A stretch of 64,000 bases of DNA, taken from positions 73,787 through 137,786 of the forward strand of contig JAQGDQ010000353.1 of NCBI GenBank assembly GCA_030141605.1. Reading direction: 5' to 3'. Positions 1-43,350 of this stretch are shown here, in pieces. Origin of the DNA: Tubiluchus corallicola (taxonomy: Eukaryota > Animalia > Priapulida). A program made the translations under genes and the position numbers. The first letter of the stretch is position 1, and every line of letters begins with the position of its first letter. The notes under the pieces were generated by a model. The model worked only from the letters and a program-made list of their open reading frames with translations. It searched no databases and was not told the origin of the DNA.

Positions 1-347
1 GTTAAGCAATACGTAACTAACAGTACTTCGTTCGGTGCATTGCTCAATTTGCACATTTACAATAAAATCTTACAAATAAATACGATTATCTAATGTTTTA
101 GGAAGGGAGAAATGCACCAGGCACGAATGCACTTATGGTGGCCCACGTTAATTAGTTATTTCTATTAAATTTACAAAAAGGATTAAAATCAAATGTAAGC
201 AGTTTAAATGAAAGTTGTTAGCATGGATAATCTCAGACGGTAAACTGTTGCACATATTGATCGACCTGTTTGCAAAAGAGTGTTTAAAAACATCAATGCT
301 ACAATCATTTTTGTACAACTTGTAACTATGGCTCTACTAGAGGCATA

Positions 348-1633
348 GGTGGAACTACTAGAGGACGCTTGAAGGCTGGTGGTTTCAATGAAATTATCAA
401 TCATAGTAACATTATGAGGATTCCATACAAGGGTGCAGTAATTCCAGTAAAGGTGGAACTACTAGAGGACGCTTGAAGGCTGGTGGTTTCAATGAAATTA
501 TCAATCATAGTAACATTATGAGGATTCCATACAAGGGTGCAGTAATTCCAGGAAAGGTGGAACTACTAGAGGACGCTTGAAGGCTGGTGGTTTCAATGAA
601 ATTATCAATCATAGTAACATTATGAGGATTCCATACAAGGGTGCAGTAATTCCAGGAAAGGTGGAACTAAGGACGCTTGAAGGCTGGTGGTTTCAATGAA
701 ATTATCAATCATAGTAACATTATGAGGATTCCATACAAGGGTGCAGTAATTCCAGGAAAGGTGGAACTACTAGAGGACGCTTGAAGGCTGGTGGTTTCAA
801 TGAAATTATCAATCATAGTAACATTATGAGGATTCCATACAAGGGTGCAGTAATTCCAGGAAAGGTGGAACTACTAGAGGACGCTTGAAGGCTGGTGGTT
901 TCAATGAAATTATCAATCATAGTAACATTATGAGGATTCCATACAAGGGTGCAGTAATTCCAGGAAAGGTGGAACTACTAGAGGACGCTTGAAGGCTGGT
1001 GGTTTCAATGAAATTATCAATCATAGTAACATTATGAGGATTCCATACAAGGGTGCAGTAATTCCAGGAAAGGTGGAACTACTAGAGGACGCTTGAAGGC
1101 TGGTGGTTTCAATGAAATTATCAATCATAGTAACATTATGAGGATTCCATACAAGGGTGCAGTAATTCCAGGAAAGGTGGAACTACTAGAGGACGCTTGA
1201 AGGCTGGTGGTTTCAATGAAATTATCAATCATAGTAACATTATGAGGATTCCATACAAGGGTGCAGTAATTCCAGGAAAGGTGGAACTACTAGAGGACGC
1301 TTGAAGGCTGGTGGTTTCAATGAAATTATCAATCATAGTAACATTATGAGGATTCCATACAAGGGTGCAGTAATTCCAGGAAAGGTGGAACTACTAGAGG
1401 ACGCTTGAAGGCTGGTGGTTTCAATGAAATTATCAATCATAGTAACATTATGAGGATTCCATACAAGGGTGCAGTAATTCCAGGAAAGGTGGAACTACTA
1501 GAGGACGCTTGAAGGCTGGTGGTTTCAATGAAATTATCAATCATAGTAACATTATGAGGATTCCATACAAGGGTGCAGTAATTCCAGGAAAGGTGGAACT
1601 ACTAGAGGACGCTTGAAGGCTGGTGGTTTCAAT
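348..1633. repeat. 104-bp tandem satellite, about 12.4 near-identical copies
   Basis: Unit starts at 348, 452, 556, 660, 760 (4-bp deletion in unit 4), 864 ... 1592. Confidence 0.97.
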
Positions 1634-2640
1634 AAAATTTAGCGTCGATAAACCTCCAAATCCAGAAACGTTTGGCAACATTTCGTGAAAAATATAGATT
1701 TCACTGACACAAACGGTGATTTAGTGTTCAAAGCACAAAACGGCTAGAATTCCTTTTTGCTTGCGGTTTTAAATTTTTCAAATTCGATTTCATTCTAAGC
1801 CTACATGGTTTATGCATAACACTTGATTGAAGTTTCACTTTATGGAAAACGGGCTTTTGGTGTTGCTATTTCAAAATAAATTTATTCATGAGTATTGGTC
1901 ATACCTTTATTGCGATTTTCTTGTGTTAGTTTACTTGGTTTTATGCACATGTGCTGCGTAGTCGATCATATTCATTAAATGTGTATGATATTGTGCGCAT
2001 TACTGTACTACATTTAAACTCCAGAACATCAAATATGTTTAATATGCAGCAATTGTCGTTTTATCTGTAATAATAAATTACAGCAATAAGTTTTTAGCGA
2101 AAAACATAAGCTTAATACAGGTAAATTACTAAATTAGGTTACGTGATTTTCGTCTATAATTATACAAAAAAATAACAGCGAAATATCCTAATTGTATAAA
2201 GCAGTTCAGTAAAGATAATTAGACACTTACATGTGGTCTCCCTGAGTTTTGGCGATTATAACTTGCAAAAAAGCAACAGAAATCAATTCACAACATTCAC
2301 ATCATATCAACTTGAATTGCATACCAGGTAATGTCTACCTGGCCAACTACCTGGTCACATGACTGATGACAGTTAAAGGGCAAGACCAAATTTAACAGGT
2401 AGTAGGGAAACGTGTATGTGCATAACAATTACATATCAATATTTTACAATAATTATTATAGTAATATCGAACTGCTATCATTGTATCTTTGTGAAAATGA
2501 TAATTTTAGTGTTGATGATGCTAGCTGTTAAATTTTTGATTGCATTTAAAGGAGAAGTAAAGGCTTTAATGTGGACAGACCTTAGGATCTCTTTTATGTG
2601 TTTTACAGTAATTTTAAGACAGTTATTGTTATTATTCTAT

Positions 2641-3026
2641 AAGCTTTTTCACAGTTCCAGCGATTGATGACGATCGTGAAAAGATCAAAGGTTAAGTGTA
2701 CTAGAAAACGCATTTTTGCACATTTGGCAACGCCGCAGCACAAACTAGTGTAAGAACAACAGATTTAACAGGTAGCTAGAGCCTTACCTAGTTCATTTTT
2801 TCTTGTTTCCAAGCAATATCCTGCCAATAAATCACTCTACATACAGATTAATGCATCATTAAGTAAAGTTCACGTACAACAACTGAAGTTATTGAACTAA
2901 TGCGGCAGACGGCATTGCTTTACCCACATGTCACGTGACGGTTGAAGTTAAGATGCGTTGCTGTGGTACACTTAACCTTTGACCTACAGCAACTGCGCGT
3001 GCGCACAACAAAACTATGGAAAGCTT
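2641..3026 (+). mobile_element. MITE family F (AT flanks, ISL2EU-like termini); other copies ~33221-33575 and 45456-45805
   Basis: Imperfect TIR aagctttttcacag/ctatggaaagctt flanked by AT; internal inverted repeat tcaaaggttaagtgtac/gtacacttaacctttga; three homologous copies. Confidence 0.75.
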
Positions 3027-3219
3027 ATTAACAGAAACAAAGCGGAAGCAATTGGAGAATAATGACGTAACTGGTGGACTGAAATGCGCATTTTTTGTGA
3101 CTATGTAGTAGAATTCTGGTGAACTTTTGAAATGTTTTACAACTGGTACAATGAAAAGGCTTATTGTTATATTATTCATTGTGTCACAATTGCTAACTTT
3201 GTGTGTAGATGCCTTTGAT

Positions 3220-3655
3220 TATATGTATTTTATGTATGTATATGTCCTTGTTTATATGTATTTTATGTATGTATATGTCTTTGTTTATATGTATTTTAGG
3301 TATGTGTATGCTTTGCTTATATGTATTTTATGTATGTATATGTCTTTGTTTATATGTATTTTATGTATGTATATGTCTTTGTTTATATGTATTTTAGGTA
3401 TGTATATGTCTTTGTTTATATGTATTTTATGTATGTATATGCCTTTGTTTATATGTATTTTATGTATGTATATGTCTTTGTTTATATGTATTTGTATGTA
3501 TGCATATGTCTTTGTTTATATGTATTTTATGTATGTATATGTCTTTGTTTATATGTATTTGTATGTATGCATATGTCTTTGTTTATATGTATTTGTATGT
3601 ATGCATATGTCTTTGTTTATATGTATTTTATGTATGTAAATATCTTTGTTTATAT
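3220..3655. repeat. 33-bp (with 29-bp variants) TATG-rich minisatellite
   Basis: tatatgtattttatgtatgtatatgtctttgtt repeated. Confidence 0.92.
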
Positions 3656-4123
3656 TATTTTATCTTATATGCAGTTCTGATTGTACGTACATTTGTACTG
3701 TGAGGATTCCTGCATTAGTTTTAAAAACAGTCTAATCTGAATCAAATAAACTATGTTTAAACAAAATGTGCGCATTATAAGAATAAATTTATTAATATTA
3801 TTGAGCCGCGGTCGTTTGTTTAAACCTAGGCTTTGTCGTCATCAGCAATTTCCGTGTTTGAGTTTCAGTTGTCTGACCTGAATCCCACGGGTTGGATATG
3901 TCACGTGATTAATTAGTAATGACGTTAAGTATCTAGGTCACATATTGTCAGATAATAGAAAAGATGAGGATGATATTCTTAATCAACTTAGTTTATGTCA
4001 GAGCAAATAGCCTTGCAAGTGATTTTTCTTATTGTTGAAAGGATGCAAAACGTGCGATATTTAAGTCATCTTGTTTTTGGACGAAATATTAATTATACAA
4101 CTTTAATGAGCCGAAGTCTACTT

Positions 4124-5490
4124 ACAGCACAGCTATGGCAAAATTATTCAAGCATAGATATGGTATTCGAGATTCTACAATCTGTGTAGAAAAAGATATT
4201 ATTATTTTAAAGTTACAACTATGGCAAAATTCTTCAAACATAGAATGGTATTCGAGCTTTTACAATCTGTGTAAGAAAATGATATTAATTATTTTAAAGT
4301 TACAACTATGGCAAAATTCTTCAAACATAGATATGGTATTCGAGCTTTTACAATCTGTGTAAGAAAATGATATTAATTATTTTAAAGTTACAACTATGGC
4401 AAAATTCTTCAAACATAGATATGGTATTCAAGCTTTTACAATCTGTGTAGAAAAAGATATTAGTTATTTTAAAGTTACAGCTATGGCAAAACTCTTCAAA
4501 CGTAGATATGGTATTCGAGCTTCTACAATCTATGTAGAAAAAGATATTAGTTATTTTAAAGTTACAACTATGGCAAAATTCTTCAAACATAGATATGGTA
4601 TTCCAGCTTCTACAATCTGTGTAGAAAATGATATTAGTTATTTTAAAGTTACAACTATGGCAAAATTCTTCAAACATAGATATGGTATTCGAGTGTCTAC
4701 AATCTATGTAGAAAAAGATATTAATTATTTTAAAGTTACAACTATGGCAAAATTCTTCAAACATAGATATGGTATTCGAGTTTCTACAATCTATGTAGGA
4801 AATGATATTAATTATTTTAAAGTTACAAGTACGGCAAAATTCTTCAAACATAGATATGGTATTCCAGCTTCTACAATCTGTGTAGAAAATAATATTAATT
4901 ATTTTAAAGTTACAACTATGGCAAAATTCTTCAAACATAGATATGGTATTCCTGCTTCTACAATCTATGTAGAAAATGATATTAATTATTTTAAAGTTAC
5001 AACTATGGTAAAATTCTTCAAACATAGATATGGTATTCCAGCTTCTACAATCTATGTAGAAAATGATATTAATTATTTTAAACTTATAACTATGGCAAAA
5101 TTCTTCAAACATAGATATGGTATTCAAGCTTCTACAATCTGTGTAGAAAATGATATTAATTATTTTAAAGTTACAACTATGGCAAAATTCTTCAAACATA
5201 GATATGGTATTCAAGCTTTTACAATCTGTGTAGAAAATGGTATTAATTATTTTAAAGTTACAGCTATGGCAAAATTCTTCAAACATAGATATGGTTTTCG
5301 AGCTTCTACAATCTGTGTAGAAAAATATATTAGTTATTTTAAAGTTACAACTATGGCAAAATTCTTCAAACATAGATATGGTATTCGAGCTTCTACAATC
5401 TGTGTAGAAAATGATATTAATTATTTTAAAGTTACAGCTATGGCAAAATTCTTCAAGCATAGATATGGTATTCGAGATTCTACAATCTGT
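4124..5490. repeat. 87-bp minisatellite, about 15-16 copies
   Basis: 29-aa periodicity in ORFs 4396..5586 and 4348..5460. Confidence 0.95.
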
Positions 5491-5854
5491 TGTAATGGTT
5501 TATTAAAACATGTAATTTACATTAGTAATGCTTCTATATGCTCGCAAATTCTTACCCATTGCAATGTATTTTCAATGCACGTTTAACGCTTGCCAGTTTT
5601 GTAAATATTTTAACTAATTTTACTTTTTGTTTTTTCTGTAAATTTTAAGTTTACGTTTTTGTAATTATTTTTTTAGTAGTTATTGTATTTTTATGGGTTA
5701 AGATTTTGTCTTTACGACCTGAAATATGGAAATAAATAAAAACAAAAGTGTCACACTAGCTGTTTGCAAAATATGAGTAGAATACTCAACCTGAGTCCAT
5801 TGCTTGCAAACTGTTGCAAATGTTTTTGGGATAATACTAACACATGTTGTTGAA

Positions 5855-6057
5855 AATGATTAAATGTTCAAAGTAGTGAGACACAAACAATTAAAGAAAT
5901 ACATATCGAGGTTTACTTTAAAAATGGATAATCGCATAACCCTATCTTAACGACAATCATAAAAAGATTTCTGACAGTTTCGGTCCTGTTACAAATAGAT
6001 TACCACGTTAGTGTACCATAGGTTTCTCCCCTGAGTTTTATTAACATAAAAATCATA
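5855..6057 (+). repeat. About 200-bp dispersed repeat nearly identical to 40377-40579
   Basis: aaatgattaaatgttcaaagtagtgagacac...cataaaaatcata present twice with few mismatches. Confidence 0.9.
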
Positions 6058-6309
6058 AAATTTTTGATAAATGTTGTCCGTATAACAGCAGCATTTTTGG
6101 ATGTGATCGTCTACCGTTCCAGTTTATATTGCTGAGTTTGACGACGCCGGTAATTTATCTTGTTCTAAAATACATGAATTTTACGAGCACTTAAGTCAGA
6201 TGAAATACTTCAGTGAGCTTTTATCATTTTCCCCGCAGACATTCGAAAATGAATCTTAATTAGGCCGGAGGAGTATCAAATCCGTGCACTCGCTTGCATG
6301 TTGAAAAAT

Positions 6310-7105
6310 GATTATTGTTGATGATGATGATGTTGTTGTGTCCGTATGATCATTAGCCTCATTCCAAGTGTTGAGTTTCGTGTACACAAGTTTATTTGTG
6401 CATGAAAGTTGTAAATACGACTCCTGTGATTACTGAAGGATGAACGCGATAATGATGGTGATGGCGGTAATGAAGATAAAGGCGACTGTGATGTTGATGA
6501 TGATGATGACGGTCACCGTTGTGGCCTAGATGATTGTGTAACGGTGATTACGAGGACAGTAGCGTTGATGAGTGATCGTGTTTATTATATGTCTTTGCGA
6601 TGGTGATGATATAAACAGCTATAGTGGCCGTGCTGATATAATAATCTGAACGATTGGAAGTTGTGGTGCTAATAGTGGCGTTGGTAGTGATGATGATGAT
6701 GGTGTTGTTGTTTTTGTCGTTGTCGTCGCTGTTACTGTTGCCGTTGCGGGTTGCAGGTTGCGGATTGGGGTTGTGGGCTGGTGGTGGTGTTGGTGTTGTT
6801 GTTTTTGTCGTTGTTGTTGTCGTTGTTGTTGTTGTCGTCGTTGCTGCTGTTGCAGTTGCGGGTTGCGTGTTGTAGGTTGGTGTTGGTGTTGGTGTTGTCA
6901 TTGTTGTTGTTGGTGGTTGTATTGTTGTTGTTGTCGTTGTTGCTGTTGCCGGTTGCGTGTTGTAGGTTGGTGTTGGTGGTGGTGTTGGTGTTGTCATTGT
7001 TGTCGTTGCTGCTGCTGCTGTTGTTGTTGTTGTTGATGGTGGTGTGGTGGTGTGTCATGGTGCTGGTGTTGGCACTAGTGGTGATGATGACGACGACGAC
7101 AACGA
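6310..7105. repeat. GTT/GAT/GCT-type trinucleotide low-complexity tract
   Basis: Directly visible; includes a ~110-bp internal duplication. Confidence 0.9.
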
Positions 7106-7484
7106 TGTGCGTAAAATGTATTTCTGAAATGAACTTGGCTTGCACATAATAATGATAAATTCTAAACATTTTGTAATTAAGAAACTTTTGTTAGTCTAAC
7201 TACAGCGAGTAGGATAAACTGGCTGTGATGATCGCCTGAAATATTTACAACCTACATCCATTAAATAAATAAGTTTTATTCTCGGTTATACTACAGTCAT
7301 GGTAACTGTGGTAATAAAGAGACATTCCTAGAAACTCTGATTACAGCCGTCATAGATTTGTTACTGTAGAGTATTGTAAATTTATAAATCTTGTTTGGTA
7401 ACAAATAATCAATGATATTTTTACAATAAATGAGTTCTCTAACTTCTACTTTACAGGATAAATTATTTATACATTTGCGTTCCC

Positions 7485-8470
7485 GTGACCCCAACACTAT
7501 CATCATTAGTTTCATTATCACCCATTCTATTCTTGCAGCTTAAAGGACAAGAAAAGGGGTACCTGAAGTGGTTTCAGAAAAATCGCCATAAAAAATTTTA
7601 CTACTTTACAGCAATTTTATGCACATATTGTATTCGCGTTGAAAGAAATTTGCGTTTGTTTTCATTTCAACTCTCCCGCAATACTGTTCCGACGGCGCCA
7701 TTAGATGACGTCACTGCGCCACGTAAATCAGGGGGAAAAGGCAATGTTAAATTATGACCCAAAAAACTTTCCGTGCAAAGCTATATTACTTAGCATTTCT
7801 ACTTACCTGCTGGAAAGACTTATGTAACTAGACTAATAAATTAAAATGTTTGTGGAAAATGGTAAAATGTCGCTGAATTACCCTCCAGGTTGCGCCACTC
7901 ACTAGCCAAAAACGTATTTTACCCTTATTGACAAGATACAGTAATTTAAAAGTTTACTTAATTAGCAACATATGTTTTCCAAGAATGTTCTGATTATTTT
8001 TTCAAACTTTACTTAATGTTACTTAAACTTGTTTCAAACGACCTACCATTAAAATGGCTGCGCCTAACGGTCATCGCGGGAGTTTAAATTTACAAGTTTT
8101 ATACAGCGTTACGACCGATGCAAGCCATGCATACGAAAAGGTAGTATGTAAGTGGTATAAACTTTCGAGACGAATTTTTAAGCTTTTTGCAAGTGGAGGG
8201 TTTTCTTGTGCTTTACCATCAACATCAAACACGTCATAACCAACTTGTCCCGTCCTTTCGCACCCCCGCTATTCAAAAACAAGTTACAAACCTTCTCAAT
8301 TTTGCTCTTACTTCATGCATAACTAACAGTTCTTGTTATCGTGTGCCTATTAAACTTATAAATGATGTATCTACTCTATGAAAGGCTTTCATGTACGTTA
8401 TACCTGGTAGCCAATCAGCATTTGATTAAGTGCCCATTGTTTTTATTATAAATGTACTTACGATTGTAAT
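7485..8470 (+). repeat. Dispersed repeat family G, split by family A copy 1; uninterrupted inverted copy at ~29826-30150
   Basis: 8217-8465 is the reverse complement of ~29826-30078; 7485-7543 matches the reverse complement of ~30079-30147. Confidence 0.85.
7544..8212 (+). mobile_element. Kolobok-like MITE family A, copy 1
   Basis: TTAA|AGGACAAGAAAA...TTTTCTTGTGCT|TTAC; purine termini with TTAA TSD; empty site visible in paralogous repeat near 30080. Confidence 0.85.
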
Positions 8471-9074
8471 GCTTTTTATCAAATAAAAATATTGGTTAAC
8501 TAATAAATAGTATTAAGTATTAAATTTAGGTAGGTGTTAATTGGACTGTTGTAAATTTCTATTTGCGTCTTGCATGTATGGAGGCACGAAAACCGAAGCA
8601 CCCTCTGGTGGTAATAGTGAAGAGCGAGCCCCCCATGCATGTACCCCCGCCCCCCTTCCCAATGGCGCATCGTCGCTCGAGTGATTTGTTTATGCGTTTC
8701 ATTTTATGGGCCATTATGCAACATCTATTAATTAAAACTTAATTACACTGATCGTTAGTGCGTTTAGGATGCTACGTAGGAAGATGATTTGAATGATGAT
8801 ACATGTAATTAGAATTACGGCGGAAACACGGGTTAGTTAGTGACGTTAAGCAAGGAGTTCGTGAACGCGCTAGGCTTGTTGACATGGATTACCAGTTAAT
8901 AGAGGAGTTGGTGACGATAATCAGCAATGCGATTATCCGCTTGGTCCTTGAAATCTGCATAGTGAGAATTTAGCGAAGTTTTACAGTGTATCATTCACAG
9001 AGTAACTAAAAACTAACAACAGCGAAAGCAATAAAGAAGAGCAGTAGTAGCAAACAGCACCAGCAGCACCTGCC

Positions 9075-9602
<528 letters not shown>

Positions 9603-10594
9603 ATTCCGTAAAATAAATATAGAAACTGCCTCACATATTCTTCCGTAAATTTTGCTTTTGGGCAATTATTCAATTTGAAAAATTTGTGTGGGCCCCTTTG
9701 TTTGTAACCCATTTGCGTGTAATGGTTGATCCGGGATTAATTAAGGTAATACTGTATTCAGGAAAACTTTCTCACGCTTCCGCCATTTAAAAAACTCTCA
9801 AATTTCTCTGATGGAAGAAATTCGATGCAATTTTCAAACTCGCAGGCCTAATTTCAATGTCAGAACATTGAGCGGAAGATTTTTGCCTAAGGCGGAACTG
9901 CAAATGGCTACTTCAGTAATCATATCAAAGATTTACTGAACACGTTAGTTAGTTTCTTATAAACTGGACAGAAATTTTACGATTTGGAAATCACACACCG
10001 CCATCTTTTGGGGGAAAGTCAAAACTATAAAAACTACAAAGTCAACTGATAAAGACGTGTAGTATTTCAGTGTGAAGCTTATCAAGCACTAAACGTGCTA
10101 AAATGGAGAATTGTGATCAATATAACAGCAAATATTTTCACTCTCATAAATAAATAAATAAATTCCTTAATTTGGGATCTTAATAACTGAATCGTTTAGC
10201 ATTTAGCAAGATAACCTTGACGTCATAAGTACAGTCACGTGGTTACCAAAGATCGGTAAACAAACATCGGTAACTAAAGACGCTTTCTGTACCTTGTACG
10301 TCATTCTCGCTCACTCCGCGACAAAGACGCGAAACATCTTTACGGCAATGCACGCACTCGAAACTCACCAGGAAAATGTAAGTTACCTAATTTATGAGTC
10401 TCTTTTGTTTAATAATAAAAATATAAATTCTTTTTCTAATCTTAATAATGCGTTAAAGAACTTCAATGCCTGTATTATAAGCCTTTAAGCTGAAGTTCAT
10501 GGAACCTTTCTTTTGAATTCACTTAGTCTAATTTAGTAAATACAACCAAATCTCCTTCTACGGCCTATTTTGAGACAGAGAAAAGTGGCATGGC

Positions 10595-11863
10595 AGGATA
10601 AGAAAAGGGGCACCTTCAGAAAAATCACCTTGAAAAATTACATTACTTTATAGCAATTTTATGTGTATATCTTACTCGCATTGAAAGGATTTTTTGTTTG
10701 TTTTCATTTTAAATCTCCCGCAATACTGTTCCAACCGCACCATTACATGACGTCATATACGCACAATGTAAATCAGGGGAAGAAGAGGAAATGTTAAACT
10801 ATGTCCCAAAAAACTTTCCATGCAAAGCTATATTACCTAGCATTTCGCTTACCTGCTTGAAAGACTTATGTAACTAGAAAATTATTAATTATTTAAAATG
10901 TTTTCACCAATTGGTAAAATGTCGTTGATTCATCTCCAGGGTGCAAAACTCACTAAACAAAAAACATATAAAAGTATTTTTAATCTTATTGACAAGATAC
11001 AGTTATTTAAAAATTTACTTAGTTAGTGACGTGTGCGCCACGATGCTCTGATTATTTTTTCAAACTTTACACAATGTTATCTAAACTTGTTTCAAATGAC
11101 TTATGGTAAAATGGTTGGATCATACAATTATCGCGAGAGTTTAAACTTACATGTTTTATACAGCGTTATTGCCGACGCAAGCCCTGTATGCAAAAAAGCA
11201 GTATGTAGGAGACCCGGATAAAGTGGATCACTGGGCAAAGCGGATCAAATGTGTTTACTCTTTTCTCCGTAAGGCGTCGCGGTCTACGCACTGTGTGATG
11301 TTACGTCATCATCTACTGTGTACTCTGCATAAACGACCTCGACCTTTGCAGAGTTTGTCTAAGCGCGGTACACAAACGTAAGTTTTTCACCCACTTTCTT
11401 GCGATTTTTCACTTTTATAGATCATGATGATATATTCCAGTTACTGCAGATTTATTCGCTACCGTTTTTACATATGATGGATGGTTCATTGCTGCTTCAT
11501 ATCAATTTACTTTTGCAAAATAGACAAAATCCATTTAAAAGATATTGTTAGTTATGTTGAGCTCAACCGCTCCGGTATGATCCACTATGCCCGTAAAAGA
11601 TCCACTTTGCCCTAGAAATTTTGGTTTCGTATTTCGAAATTATCTGTTAAACGAGTAATAGTAATTATAAGTTTTTACCACACGAATATAGCAGAGTTTC
11701 CTACGGAAGAATAGGGCATGTAATTGATTGTTACAGACCAAACATCTTGAACTCTATAAGCGAAAACCTTTATGTGATCCACTTTACCCGGGTCTCCCCT
11801 AAGTGGTATAAAATTTCAAGACGAATTTTTAAGCTTTATGGAAGTGGAGGGTTTTCTTGTGCT
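10595..11863 (+). mobile_element. Kolobok-like MITE family A, copy 2, containing a nested TA-site MITE
   Basis: Colinear with copy 1; ends TTTTCTTGTGCT|TTAA. Confidence 0.85.
11208..11799. mobile_element. Tc1/mariner-pogo-like MITE with TA TSD
   Basis: TA|ggagacccggataaagtggatcac...gtgatccactttacccgggtctcccc|TA, inserted in the family-A consensus gtatgTAagtgg. Confidence 0.85.
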
Positions 11864-12026
11864 TTAAGCAAGAGTAAGTGAGCCTTTAGTGGTTGTTTTT
11901 CCGACAGCATCACTTACCATTAATAATAGCAACAAACTTGGCTTCTCTACTCTTTACTTTTACAGTAACCAACAAATTTTTGAATTATTTGTAATGCACC
12001 AATTTTCATAATTGTGTAATTCACAG

Positions 12027-41667
<29,641 letters not shown>

Positions 41668-42133
41668 CTGTCAATTAGGAAGGAATTTTTTTGCCTTTTT
41701 GGAGTGCACAAAACTTCATTGCTCATTGTAAGGGTACCAAACGGAAGTCGTCGAAGGTGCCAAAGTTTAAATTACAAAGTATTATGGTTGCTCCTATAGG
41801 CCAATATGCCTGTTATTTACAGGCCAGTAAAATTGTGCATCTGTAAGACTTATTGGCAGGTTCCTATTAGGTCCTCTTAAGCTTGCATTTACAAGTGAAT
41901 GTAGTCAAAGCAGCACCTCAATGTTGCGAATGAGAGTGAGAGTGTAAAAACTCTCCAAGGATTATCATTTCTAAAGAAAAACTTGGCATATTTTGGTTAT
42001 AACTGCAAATAATTTATTACTTTGTATCTTTATAATGTAAAGATGTAGATTTTTGAGCTGTGCCTCCATATCCCCATTCAGTAAGTATATACATATGACT
42101 TACCAGTCGAGTCTCTAGACAGTTTCTGTGGAC

Positions 42134-43350
42134 AGTTGAATCAAATTTCAGTCTCCAACACCCTTGTGCAATTTTTTTGAACCAATGCATAAAATGGACG
42201 GAAATTCACGTTTTTTCCTATAATTCAAAACATTTTCATTTTAATCGCTTTCATAATTTTGGCATATAATATGGCCTCGTAATTCCTTGTCGTTTTTTCA
42301 CTCGTTTCGGCTTGGAATCCACCAAATTTTGGCAGTTTGTAGAAATCCAAGGGTCAGGCTACCACATTTGGATGATGGTTTCTATCAGTTTCTTCCTGGG
42401 GTAATACAGTCGGCCTCTCGCAGGCTCAACTTGACAGTCAGCTATGAGTTTTCAATTGGGTTTATACCCGAAGAGTTGCCGGGTCAGTAAAGTTTAAAGG
42501 ACAAGAAAAGGGGCACCTGAAGTAGGTTTCAGAAAAATCGCCTTAAAAATTTATATTACTTTATAGCAATTTTATGCCTATATCGTACTCGCACTGAAAG
42601 GAATTTTAGTTTGTTTTCATTTTAAATCTTAAAACATTTTAGATCAATACTGTTCCGAAGTCGCCATTACATGACGTCATGTACCAAACGTAAATGAAGG
42701 GAAGAGAAAGCAATGTTAAATTATGTCTCAAAAGAATTTCCGTACAAATCTATATTACTCAGATTTTCGCTTACCTACTAGAAAGACTTATGTAACTAGA
42801 AAAGAAAATTATTAATTATTTAAAATGTTTTCACCAATTGGTAAAATGTACCTGACTCACCCTCCAGGGTGCACCTCTCACTAACCAAAAACGTATTTTT
42901 AATCTTATTGACAAGATACAGTAATTTTAAATTTTATTTAGTTAGTGACTTGTGCGTTACGAATGCTCTGATTATTTTTTCAAACTTTACAAAATGTTAT
43001 CTAAACTTGTTTCAAATGACCTGTCGTGAAAATGGCTGCGTCTAACGGTCATCGCGGTAGTTTAAATTTACATGTTTTATACAGCTTTACTGCCGATTGA
43101 AGTCCTGCATGCAAAAAGGCAGTATGTAAGTGACATAAAATTTCAAAATGATTTTTTAAGCTTTATGTTTATGAAGGGTTTCCTGTGCTTTAATGTTCTC
43201 CTTTTTCAAGAAAACTTTCCCAATGGAACATCAGGGAACGTCTTTCCCATCCCTGGTATCCTTGTTTTTGTCAGAACTCCAATATACCGCTGTGATCGCA
43301 TCATACCAGTAACAATAAGCAAATTAGGCCAATTCATGTCAGAAATATTG
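42134..43350 (-). mobile_element. Decayed Tc1-like transposon interrupted by family A copy 4
   Basis: Minus strand gives *PGNSSGINPIEN (degenerate WPxNSPDLNPIEN) at ~42447-42488 and VTGMMRSQRYIGVL across the MITE; cagttgaa terminus at 42134. Confidence 0.72.
42498..43189 (+). mobile_element. Kolobok-like MITE family A, copy 4
   Basis: TTAA|AGGACAAGAAAA...TTTCCTGTGCT|TTAA. Confidence 0.88.

Noticed and set aside
348-1633. Regular array as a CRISPR locus
   Set aside because: Units are wholly identical with no unique spacers, there are no cas genes, and the context is eukaryotic.
3151-3230. MKRLIVILFIVSQLLTLCVDA as the receptor's signal-peptide exon
   Set aside because: Signal-like, but it runs straight into a TATG minisatellite with no convincing donor; hydrophobic peptides arise easily in T-rich DNA. 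Not fully excluded.
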